DNA of 64,000 bases. It comes from Camelus ferus (taxonomy: Eukaryota). Made by a program: the position numbers and the translations under genes. Where the stretch lies: NCBI RefSeq assembly GCF_009834535.1, contig NC_045697.1, positions 19,594,001 to 19,658,000 on the forward strand, given 5' to 3'. The notes under the pieces were generated by a model, which was not told the DNA's origin, did no database searches, and saw nothing but the letters and a program-made list of their open reading frames with translations. Each line of letters opens with the position of its first letter. Within the stretch, counting starts at the first letter, position 1. Positions 1 to 11,244 of the stretch are shown here, one piece after another.

Positions 1-479
1 TACTTCTCCTCAAATTCTTCCTCATCTCAATAAACAACAGCTCTCTTCTTACACAATATATAATCTTGGCACCATGTTTAAGTGGTATCTTGCTCTCATA
101 CATCCCATCCTTTCCATTTGCAAATGTTGTTAACTCTTCCCTCAGAATAGATCAGAGCCTGGCCACAGCTCATTTCATCTTCACTGCTACCACCTGGCCC
201 AGGCCACCATCTTGTCTTGTCTTCGTTTGTTCTTTCTGCTTCTAACCTTACACACTACACTTTAACACCAAGTCCATAGACGAGTGGCCCTTCATTTGTT
301 TGTACTTCCTCTGATTGTGTGAGAGCAACACAAATCAGTTCATATCATTACTCAGCTCAAAGCATGCTAACGGTCTCTCGTCTCACTCAGAAAAATAGCT
401 AAGTCTTTAAAATAGACCTATAGGTCTATTGAATTATAAGTAAAACCCCTATAGGGCTCATCTTTCTAGCCTTTTCCAC
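1..479 (+). mobile_element. L2 LINE fragment (continues after the insertion at 948-1195)
   Basis: Pyrimidine-rich L2-like motifs (ctgctaccacc..ccaggccaccatc, ctcactcagaa..aa) recalled from the L2a consensus. Confidence 0.65.
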
Positions 480-563
480 TCTGACCTCATCTTCTTTTTT
501 TTTTTTTTACTCTGAGTTTGCCTTTTTTATTTTTTATTTTTTTTCCAATTTGGTCCAGCTATG

Positions 564-894
564 TTTCTTTCTTTCTTTTCACATTTTTTATTGATTTATA
601 ATCATTTTACAATGTTGTGTCAAATTCCAGGGTAGAGCACAATTTTTCAGTTATACATGAACATATATATATATTCATTGTCACATTTTTTTCTCTGTGA
701 GCTACCATAAGATCTTGTGTGTATTTCCCTGTGCTATACAGTATAATCTTGTTTATCTATTCTACAATTTTGAAACCCCATTCTATCCCTTCCCACCCCC
801 AACCCACTTGGCAACCACAAGTTTGTATTCTATGTCTATGGGTCTATTTCTGTTTTTTATTTATGCTTTTTTGTTTGTTTGTTTGTTTTTTAAT
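564..894 (-). mobile_element. Young L1 3' UTR/3' end, camelid-type, 5'-truncated
   Basis: Minus strand reads ...gtataactgaaaaattgtgctctaccctggaatttgacacaacattgtaaaatgattataaatcaataaaaaatgtgaaaagaaagaaag, a typical L1 terminus with AATAAA and A-rich tail; lies inside the 16-bp TSD at 480-495/932-947. Confidence 0.9.
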
Positions 895-936
895 GTCTAC
901 GGCCATACCACCCTGAACGTGCCCGATCTCGTCTGA
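895..936 (+). pseudogene. 5S rRNA 5' fragment (nt 1-42), retroposed
   Basis: GTCTACGGCCATACCACCCTGAACGTGCCCGATCTCGTCTGA matches mammalian 5S rRNA nt 1-42 at 41/42; the one difference is CpG to TpG. The internal promoter boxes are absent. Confidence 0.95.
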
Positions 937-947
937 CCTCATCTTCT

Positions 948-1195
948 CCCACTCTCGTTCTGGCTCACTCTACTCCAGTCACACTGGCCTGGTTGCTGAC
1001 CCTGGAATATAGCAGTTAGGTTTTTTCTTTTTTCCTTCAGTGACATTCCTTCATGAAATTTTGTTTTCTTAGATACTATGTGCATGGCTGGCTCCCTGGC
1101 CAGGCCTACCCTAACTCCACTACTTTGTGCAACACCCTCTGCTCTTACCCTCCTTCACTTCTTAGTCTCTTTCTCTGACTTATTTTACTCCATTT
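948..1195 (+). mobile_element. L2 LINE fragment
   Basis: ctcactctactccagtcacactggcct motif typical of the L2 3' region. Confidence 0.65.
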
Positions 1196-1198
1196 AAC

Positions 1199-2950
1199 TT
1201 GTGTGTGTGCACACACCTTGCATTTTGGCCGAACGGTCTTGCATTTAAGTCAATAATTGACTAAAGCTGAGTGTCACTATTATAGAATAATAACTCTGAA
1301 TTATAAGTAAATATTATCTATTTTTACATTTTTTGACTTTAATAATAAAAATATAGATGTCAATCTTACAAAACTTGGCCTTCCAGAACTGGAAAAACAC
1401 CCTTTCAGCATTGTCAGGTGCTAGATTGTTCAGGAGATACCGTATGGCATCTTTGTGGTACTGAATTGCTTTCAAAAACTAAGACTTTTTTTCTAGCTCT
1501 GTTCACAAAAAGTAACTACATTGGTGATATTCCCAATAAATTTTTCAGTTTTTATTCCTCAACATGAGAACATAACTAGGTAAAGTATTTCATTTTTGGC
1601 CCCTAGATCAGAAAATTTTGTCAATGTTGATGATGTAGTTTCACTGAAACAATTCCATAAATTACACCTTTTATACTGCTACATAAAAGATACTGAATAT
1701 TTTCAGAAGCAAATTTGAGATTGTTGCCTCATTTATTATATTTTATTTCTGACATTTTTTGCTCTATACAATACCTTAAGAAAAATGCTACTTTATTTAT
1801 AAATCACAAGAAAACATCGGTCTGGAAATATGGAAATGGAGTAAAATCATGGTTTAAAGACAACTAAATTCTCCCTCGGCTTCTATTGGTGTCTCAGCTT
1901 GAATTGTATTGACGCTAATTTTAGTACCTGCTCTGGTGTAGAATGTTATAGAAATTATCAGGTGAGAAATATCTATACTGTCAAGGTTTATCAATTTTAT
2001 TTGTAGTTTCCAGCAAATAAACTGTTTTCTCTGCAAAAAAAATTCTATCCACTTCAGTATTATATGCTAAATACCGCACATGACATTACTTTGCATAGAA
2101 TCCCTGCTGTTCTGTTAGAACTTATTATAGTAAAATAATAACAGAATCTGTTGTGTGTTAGGATTTTGTCTTTGGCTGAAAAAAGAATGCGGTCAACTGT
2201 CTTTCTGTTAATGGCCAGCAGCTCATTCATCCTATACAGGGCTAGAATCACTTTATGAACACTCAACTGAAGGCTGTTATTTTCTATTCTATAAATCTTT
2301 CTTCTGTCAGAATCATCATGTTGTCATCTGTTTGAAACCCAGAAATCTCTTGGCCAGATGGCAAAAAAAGATACATTGTTGAATTGATCAAGAATCCATA
2401 TGCGGTCAAACTTTAAAAAAAAAAATCATCTGTTGTTTCTGCATATCCAAAAACCTAACTGACCAGACTGAAAAGAATGCATTTAATATTACCACAGACT
2501 TCTGTGTGTATCGAAAAATATAATGCAGAAAGAAAAAATGATTTTGATCATTTATTTTCCAACAGGAATTTTGAACCTAAGACTGAAAAGTTTTGTAAAT
2601 CTGCAAAATTTTCTTTTTTGGGGCTAAAAAATTTGCTGGTTTGTGCTAATCAAATGCATAATAATTTTGTTTACTATTTTAACAACCATAATGTCAAAAC
2701 ATTAAAAGAGTTTTACTCCAAAAATAATTTTGGAATGTCTTATTTTCTTGTTTGACTAGTGAGAACAAATTGTGTTTTTTATACCTTATTTTTTTCTTAT
2801 TATTATATTCTATATAATGTATCCTCAAAAAGGAATTGACACGCATGTTGCTGTATGTGATTTTGGTGTTTATTCCCCTTATGAGATTTTGAGCTGGTAG
2901 ATCGATCCTCTGCTTTTAGATGCTTTTTCCAAATGATGAAGAGATGGTTA
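1199..2950 (-). mobile_element. Decayed hAT-superfamily (Ac/ZBED-like) transposase-coding DNA transposon
   Basis: Manual minus-strand translation with frameshifts gives hAT motifs in the expected order: ISGFQTDDNMM (~2314-2349), HVRYLAY (~2062-2082), LSF*KQ (~1466-1483), AIRYL..AERVFSSSG (~1383-1450). Confidence 0.65.
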
Positions 2951-2954
2951 CTAG

Positions 2955-4870
2955 ACCCTGGTCTTTCTAGGGGAAAAGTCAATGGGCAGCCAAGGAGAAT
3001 GCTATGTGTTATCTGTAATCAGAAAAAGGCAGGAATGGAGATGGTGGGGCTGAGGGCACTCGTCCCAGTAAAGTCTTGACCCCCTCATCCAGTTCCTGGA
3101 CCTGAGCCATTTTTCAGATTTGGACTTAGTGAATGAAAAGAGGGACCCTGCAAGATAACAGGTACATATCATGATTCCTCCCCAAATCTTCTCCAAAGAG
3201 ATCACTGGCTATATACTCAAGTGACTGTATGCTGGGAAAGAAGACCATCCAGTTATATTGAGGACTGTTAAACACAGAATTTGAGTTGATATTGAAATCT
3301 GGACCCCCTAAACCTCTTGATGAGTCTCCTGTTAGACTGGGGACTTATACAGCCTAGGTAATAAATGGAATCCTGACTAATGCTCATCTTACTGTGATTC
3401 TACTGTGTTCCTAGATCCACCTGGCTGTTATTTCTTTGGTCCCTAAGAGCATAATTGGGATAGATACATTTGGCAATTAAAATGAAACCCATATTAGGTC
3501 TTTGGCCTATCGGGTAAGAGTTATCAAATTGGGGAAGGTCAAATAGAAGTTTCCACACAAATGTCCCTTGATCTTAGCCAAGAGAGCAAAAAACAAAAAC
3601 AAAACAAAATAAAACAACCAAATCAAACCAAACCAAACCAAACCAAATAATCCCAACCCCCAAAACAAAAACAAGAGAACAAGCAGCCAACGAATGGACA
3701 AAAGGCTCAAGATTGCATCTGAGGAAGAACGGTAGATGTTAGTGCCATCTTTTCCTAAAGGGTATCTCCATTTAATTGACCATTCTGGCCCTTGCAGAAA
3801 CCAAATGGATCCTTAAGGATGACTAGAAACTACCATAAGCTTAACCAAATTTCAGCTATTTATTAGGACATAATATGGCTAATAGTAAGGCTTCAGGTGC
3901 TTGGTATGCACCCACTGATTTGGAGAATGCATAATTTTTTATTCTAATCGGATAAGAGATTCAGAAACAGATTGCATTTATATGGCTCTGTTGAACCCCA
4001 GATGTCTTATGGCAATGTAAGAATGCCAGATCCCTAAGTATGGATTCTCACACAACAAAGCATCTGACCAGAGGATTCATCAGTAGGCACAGGCATAGCC
4101 CTGTGGCTTTGGGGTACACTGGTTGTATCATATACTAAGCCATTCAGCAGCTGTTAGTGCTAGAGAGCATTTGAGTGGTCTACTAAAGGCAGAGCTGAGG
4201 TGTGAGCTCAGAGGCGGTAGTCTTCAAGAATGAGGTCCCATTCTTCAAGACACAATACCTGAATCAGCTCCCTCTCTATGATACTATTTCCATAATAAGA
4301 ATAATTAATGAGCCAGAAAGTAAGAGGTAGAAGCAAGAGTGGCCCCACTCAACATTCTCCCCAAGAACCCTTTGCAGGACTTTGTGTTTGTGTCCCTACA
4401 ATGCTGAAACCCGTAGGATTAGAGGTCTTGGTCCCTAAAAGGAAAGAGTGTTGCCAGTAACAGAAATAGTTCACTGAAGCAGAAACTTCAGCTTCCACTG
4501 GGCACACTGGATTCTTAATATCTAGTGACCAGCATGCAGGAAGAGAAGACACTGTCTGGTCAGAGGTAATTGAAGCTGATCAGTAGAGTGAGAAAGGGCT
4601 ATTTGTACCCAGTGGGGAGAGGGAGGAATACAGTGCAACACAGGTGATCCACTTGGGTACTACTTGATAATCCTTCGCTCAATTATAACTGTAAATGGAC
4701 ATGCGCAGTGACCTTGGCTTGAGAAGGGCTCAGACCACTCAGGAGTGAAGGCTTGGGTCTCATCACCATGTAAGCCACTAAGATCAGTGAGATGATAGGA
4801 TAGGGTGAAAAGATTTCAGAAGATACTGGAGGAGGAAGACAGTGAGTACCAGTCAAGGCTTGAAAACAAC
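2955..4870 (+). mobile_element. ERVL (HERV16/HERVL-like) internal region: decayed gag-pro-pol with internal deletions
   Basis: Protease-like GLLNTEFELIL (~3260-3295, cf. GLLDTGSELTL); RT-like SPFN*PFWPLQKPNGS (~3765-3815) and WYAPTDLENA (~3902-3931); integrase-like segment at ~4120-4190. Confidence 0.85.
3588..3672. repeat. A-rich compound microsatellite (AAAAC/AAACC)n
   Basis: Visible tandem units. Confidence 0.85.
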
Positions 4871-5267
4871 TGAAACTCACTAATATACCCACTACCCAGC
4901 TTAAGAAATAGAGTATTACCAGCATCCTCCCAAACACTATTCCTCTCTTCCCTTTCCTTCAGAAAGTTTAACCTCTATTCTGAGCTCTAACAACAGAGCA
5001 GCTTTTCCCCATTTTTAGAACTTTCTGTAAATGGAATCAAAATTTGTGTTTTTTTGTGTCTGGCTTCTTTTACTCAAAAATTTGTTTGGGTGTTTATGTA
5101 TATGGTTATTTTGGTTCTACTTGTTCTGTTTATTTGCTGTACATTATTTCATTTTATACGCTACATAAATGTATTTACTCATATTACACTTGATAGACAG
5201 TTAGATTTTTTTTTCCAGTTTGAGGCTGTTAAAAATATTGCTGTCCCATACATGGAAAAAACTGAAA

Positions 5268-5270
<3 letters not shown>

Positions 5271-5308
<38 letters not shown>
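5271..5308. repeat. (TA)n microsatellite at the L1 tail
   Basis: Perfect TA run. Confidence 0.95.
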
Positions 5309-5312
<4 letters not shown>

Positions 5313-5886
5313 ATTGAAGTACAGTCAGTTTACAATGTGTCAATTTCTGGTGTATAGCATAATGTTTCAGTTATACATGAATATATATATATTCAATTTC
5401 ATAATCTTTTTCACCATAAGTTGCTACAAGGTATTAAATATAGTTTCTTGTGCTATACAGTATGAAATTATTTTCTATCCATTTTATATATATTAGTATC
5501 TGCAAATCTCAAACTTCCAATTAATCCCTTCCCACCCTCTTCCCCTCCTGGTAACCATAAGTTTGTTTTCTATATCTGTGAGTCTGTTTCTGTTTTGTAA
5601 TTAAATTCATTTGTCTTTTTTTTTTTTTTTAAGATTCCACATATAAGTAATATCATATGGTATTTTTCTTTCTCTGTCTGGCTGACTTCACTTAGAATGA
5701 CAGTCTCCAGGTCCATCCATGCTGCTACAAATGGCACTATTTTATTTTTTTATGGCTGAGTAGTATTCCATTGTATAAATATGCCACAACTTCTTTATCC
5801 AGTCATCTGTCAATGGACATCTAGGTTGTTTTCATGTCTTGGCTATTGTAAATAGTGCTGCTATGAACATTGGGGTGCATGTATCT
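5309..5886 (-). mobile_element. Younger L1 3' end (artiodactyl/camelid type)
   Basis: tttattgaagtacagtcagtttacaatgtg...ggctgagtagtattccattg...gctatgaacattggggtgcatgtatct, canonical antisense L1 3' end. Confidence 0.92.
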
Positions 5887-7014
5887 TATAAAAATATTTT
5901 TTAAAAATTAAAAATTGCTCTCCAGAACATTCCAGTACATACTTTTGGTTGAAATGTGTACATAGTGTACCCATTTCTGTTGAGTGTGTACTTGGAAGTG
6001 AAATTGCTCGGTTATAGAATATACATACGGTCAACTTCAGGAAATAACGCCAAACAGTTTTCTGAAGTAATCTTACCAAATGACACCTCACCATCAACGA
6101 ATCAAAGTTCTGGTTGATCTGCTCTCTTGCGAATACTTACATGAATAGCAGTAGTAGAAAAATTAATGAGAATTATATAATTAAAATTATAATACAATTA
6201 ACAACAACTTCAGTTTTAAAAATAAATTGAACAGCCATATAGTCTTTGAATAATTTTATCCAGACATATGGCTCTGACAAAGAATTCAAATTTTTAACAT
6301 TACCAATGACATCTTTGGACAAAGGATTTTTAAATAAATCTATGTCTATCTCAAAGGAACAATATTTTTAACACTCATTTTGAAGTAAATTTATAAAATG
6401 CACATGTGAGAAAATAATTTCAAGATAAAATATTTTTATACAAATTTTTATGAATATATTAATCAATCTGACAATTGCACCTAAATCTCAAACATAGTAC
6501 CTGCTGACAATTTCTGAAGTTAGTTCTGAGATTTTGCAATACCTTTCAAAAAATGGGGAAGGAGAAAATGAAGATGAAAATAGCTTCTAGACCATTTAGA
6601 TAGGGCAGATGTCATTATAATTGAAGTCACAGATGAACTATATACTTTACTTGATTAAATTTAGCTCTGAACTTACTGGTCATAATGATAGAAATGGGAG
6701 CAGTTTCACATAGTTCTCACTGATTATTAATTAGAAATATGCAACGTTTCTATAGATTTTTCTCCTTTCTCATAATCCTTCTTTGAGTTACTCCGTAACA
6801 ATAAAGAATAGCCCATTCTATCCAATATTTTGTGTATTTCCTTAAAATTTTGTATCAAAGTCTATTTTTTTCTGACAATCTTCCCAGTATTTGTGTAAGA
6901 TAGTATCACAGAGTGAGTCTACACGGGATGGAAATATCCTTCCAAAGGTGATATTCCAAATTAGCCACATCCATAAGCCACAAGCATCAGAGATACTTTA
7001 TGTTTATGTTGTTT

Positions 7015-7200
7015 GAAAAAAGGCAGGACTAAATATTCTGAATTTGAGTACTGGTGTCATTGGTTTTATCTTTACAAATTTTGGTAAATTATTTGAATTT
7101 TGAGCCTCAACTTCCACATTTGAAAGATAATGCTAATAATATGTACCTTGAAGTCTTATTGTAAAGATTATAACAGTGCAGGCTATTTAAAAAATACTTG
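7015..7200 (+). mobile_element. MIR SINE (degenerate)
   Basis: tgagcctcaacttccacatttgaaa core-like motif. Confidence 0.5.
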
Positions 7201-7671
7201 GTGAATCAGTGAATTCTTGAAAAGTGTATAAAACTTTTGGCACACTGACTATTTTCAATAACTGCTATTTCCTTCAAAGAAGAACTTATAAACATTTAGA
7301 AAAATATTGACTTGTTGCACAAATAGAAATTGTATTTTGTGGAAGAACAAGTCTTACAATAATTTCATTTAGTTTCCTGTGCCTAAAGAGATCTTACCAT
7401 TGGAATTGTGTACTTACAGAGAGGCAAGCTTCAGTGAAAAACAATGCAACTTTGAGGAATCCAATAGCTCCCTTGGTTTATTTTGCCATTTTCTCTGACT
7501 GCTTAAGTGCTATCAAAAGACCTTCCTTCCATAGCTTATTTCATAAAAGGAGTATTGAGTATCAGAGAGAGACTATGTAAGGACATAAATAAGCCACCCA
7601 CAAATGCAGTCCTTCAAACTTTGTTTTCTATACTGTTTTATATGCTCCAAATAATACAATGTTTTAAAATT

Positions 7672-7848
7672 TTATTTTTTTATTTTTTATTGACATATAG
7701 TTGATATACAATATTGTGTTAGTTTCTGGTGTGCAGCATAGTGATTCAGTTATATATATATATTCTTTTTCATATTCTTTTCCATTATAGATCATTACAA
7801 GATATTGAGTATAGTTCCCTGCACTATGCAGTAGGACCTTGTTGTTTC
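7672..7848 (-). mobile_element. Short L1 3' terminus
   Basis: T-rich tail then tttattgacatatagttgatatacaatattgtgttagtttctggtgtgcagcatagtgattcag. Confidence 0.9.
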
Positions 7849-9273
7849 TATAGTGTTTTTTGAATTTTTTTTTCTTTTCCTCTTAGAGGTTAAGTGCTCT
7901 ATGTTCAAGGAATGACATTCTGGGTCTCATGCCACACACCTCTGTGTATAATATAATTCTCACTTTAATTTCTTGTTCTCCATTTCCTTACATTTGCAGG
8001 TAGCTGTGCTTCCAAGACTCCATTCAGGTTGTTCAACAGAAAGACTCCTTGAGGAATCAAATATTTCATGCCAATTTCTACTGAAGCTACAGTTTAAATG
8101 AAATACCAAAATATAAGCTATAGCCTCATTCAGGGATTCACTTGTTCCCAGAGCCTTTAAATTGGCCATTATCAAGGTCACTAAGGCTGAATGAACTTTA
8201 TCTTGTTGCATCTGAACCTCCCATGTATCACAGTAACCTTGAAGTATCACTGAGGAAAATGAGTGTCTCTAAACCCAGCATTTGATCAGATTTATTCCTA
8301 AATGTAATAATACATCTTTTTTACACTTATTTTATTTCTACTTGTATCTAAAATCATTTTTGAAAAAACTACAGATTTTTGTTATCTTGCTCTCTCAAAT
8401 TTCTAGCATTGCTCCCTAAGGGATTTCATTAATTGCTTTACAATTCAAGTTCAGGTAATGAAATTGTGTATATAGCTTTATTAATCCAAGTTTTGCTTTT
8501 GTCTTGTTTGCTTTCATGGGATAACCTCAAACCTTGATTAGTGATTTAAAAATCAATATCTTATAAAGGCAAAATTGCTTTTATATCTTACTTTACAGTG
8601 TTTTGCTATACACAGCCATTATTGGTTTAAATGAAGAAAGGTTAACTGTTTAAATCAAAAGTAAACCTTATATGTGGCTTATATACAGCAGACTCAGCAG
8701 TCATGGTCTACTGTGTGGCAAAGAAAAGCACATTAATAAAGTAGTTTATCACCTACTTATTCTCCCAAATTCTTTTAAAATTAGGCTTAATTCTGTTAAT
8801 TGGAAGCTTATTGTGCCAACTCTTTGTTTTTGCACATTTTTGTCAGCTTATTTTTTAAATAACATCATTTTAAAAGGTTGGTGTTCAGAAATTTTAACAT
8901 TTCCAATTGGAGGTTACTTATTCCATGATTAAAACAGTGGCCTGCCATCCATGTATACTGATTATTTGTGCTTACTTTCTTTACACCTTTAGTCTTCAAA
9001 TAGGAACTGAAGTCAGGGAATTAAACGACTCCTTTTCCTCTCTAGCACTTCTTACCTGAGTGATGTCGATTTGTTTGTTTTCTTGTTTTCTATGCAAACT
9101 GTGTCTCTAGGCCTAGCGTTTGAGTGGAGTGTAGTTGGAAAGTTTAGGGTCATTGTATGGGATGGGATTTTGTTCAAGGTAAAAAGGCCCTTGTACTCTT
9201 TGGGAAGAAAGTGGAGTCCATTCACAGTTAGGGTTCCTATGTACATCATATGTTCACTGATTGAGAAGATGCT

Positions 9274-9732
9274 ATATATATACATACAATGGAATACCAC
9301 TCAGCCATAAAAAAGAACAAAATGTTGCCATTTGCAGCAACATAAATGGACTAAGAGGGTATTGTGCTAAGTGAAATAAGACAGAGAAACATAAATACTA
9401 TAATATCACTTACATGTGGAATCTAAAGAATACAACAAACTATTGAACATAAAAAAAAAAAAAGAAGAAGAAGCAGGCTCACAGATATAGAGAACAAACT
9501 AGTGGTTACCAGCGGGGAGAAGGAAGGGAGGAGGGGGACACGGGTAGGGGATTAAGAAGTACAAACTATTAGGTATAAAATAAGCTACAAGGATATATTG
9601 TACAACATAGGAAATATAGCCAACATTTTATAATAACTATACACGGAGTATAACCTTTAAAAATTGTGAATCACTGTGTTGTACACCTGTAACATAATAC
9701 TGTACAGTAACTAGACTTCAATTTAAAAAAAA
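9274..9732 (+). mobile_element. 5'-truncated L1 3' end with 10-bp TSD
   Basis: caatggaataccactcagccataaaaaagaac... through to polyA; TSD AGAAGATGCT at 9264-9273 and 9733-9742. Confidence 0.93.
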
Positions 9733-11244
9733 AGAAGATGCTCGACCTGAGGAGGGGCCCACTCATTCTTAAGAATACCAACAATTTGGGGAGTAGGATG
9801 GTGTCAAAACATATAATTCCAAAATTTCTGGAAAAGCAGGCAGAATACAATACAGTGAGGTTACATTAACGAAAGCAACATCGAGAATGTAAAAATTAGG
9901 CAAGGAAAGAAAATAATTTCTGTAATTTAAAAAGCAACCAAGGAAACATACTCTTTTCCGTAAACTGAACAATTCTGAAGCTCTAAGGTGCATGTAATAT
10001 TTCCAGAATGAAGGCACCAAGGAGTTGCTGATTGTTCTTTCCGTGAAATAATTTATAATTATTCTGCTAAATGGTATAATTACATAATTACACATAAGCA
10101 GTGTTACTTAGTTATTAATTACTGTGGGGTGCAGTTTCATGCACTATGGAAAAGAGCTTCAAACTTTAGAGTCACATGTAGGCTTAAAACTCAACCTTAT
10201 TAATTTGAGCCTCGGAGGAATGAACTTTCTTCATTGTGTTATTGAGAAGACTTCAAAGAGACAAATCCACCTTAGGAATCTGGTGGCGGAATCAGAGCTT
10301 GACGGATATTAATTGTCCCTTTTATCCTTTCTCATCTCTATTAGAAAAAAAAATTCATTTAATTTATTGTCACAGGACGGACGCTGATGGAGAAGAGCGG
10401 AGGTATACCTGGAGCAGTTTGCTCCAGCCAGAACCCCATCCGTGGAACGGGACTTAAACAGAAACTGGCTGCTCTGAAAAGCTAGGAAATCTTGGTCATT
10501 CAAGAAATAGTAATGTTTAGGGAAGTAATAATTTGAAAAATAATATGGGATTTAGATACACTAAAACCAATCACTTAGAACACTGAGGGAGAGGGAAAAA
10601 AATGAGTGTAAATGCAGTCAGGATGTAAAAACAGACCCATGTGATTTTTAATATTTAAGGATCTTTTTTGCTCTCTGTTTACTACCTAATAGGATGTAAT
10701 TTATATATGTCTGAAAAAGTGAATGTGTTTTAAGGCTTTGGGAGTCTACTGTTTGGTTGTTTGTTTTAAAATAAGGCTTATGTGTTGGTTATCCTGGCTT
10801 TCTGGAAATTTTATGAGTTTTCTAGGCTCCTCTAATCAGAAGCACTGCACAGACTAAAGATAAGGGCATGGTACAAAATGAGAATTTTAAAAATAAGATC
10901 AAGAAGTAGAAAGTAATTTCTTAATGCTAATGGTGATAGTGTTATGGTTTCCAGTAATAATAATTCTGCTATTGAATATTTTGACTACCACACTTTACAG
11001 GAGAAATGGGATTAGAGATTATGAAACGGGAGTAAATAGGTGTATGCAAAATGTGTGAATGTTAGACTCACAGGATGTGGCAGAAATAGAAACAGCTAAG
11101 AGGCGTTTGTAACATAGTGGAAAGAAAAATGAACGTGGAATTCCTAGACCATTGTTTAAATCATAACTCTGCTACTTACACAACCTCTCAGAGATATTCC
11201 AACCATAAAAAATAGATAAAAATGCATACTTCATCATATGGTTT

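Larger units (their letters stand above)
4875..6140 (-). mobile_element. Old L1M (L1MC/ME-like) 3' region, interrupted by a younger L1
   Basis: Antisense L1 3' UTR and ORF2-end motifs (gtaaatggaatc, ccaaacagttttctgaagt). Confidence 0.75.

Noticed and set aside
895..936. Functional 5S rRNA gene
   Set aside because: Only 42 of ~120 nt are present, with no internal Pol III promoter or terminator, and it lies inside a retrotransposition TSD.
1900..2450. piggyBac transposase (FKV*PHMD and DNFYN-like motifs on the minus strand)
   Set aside because: The motifs are isolated and there are no TTAA/CCC termini. An ordered set of hAT motifs, including the dimerisation domain, explains the region better.
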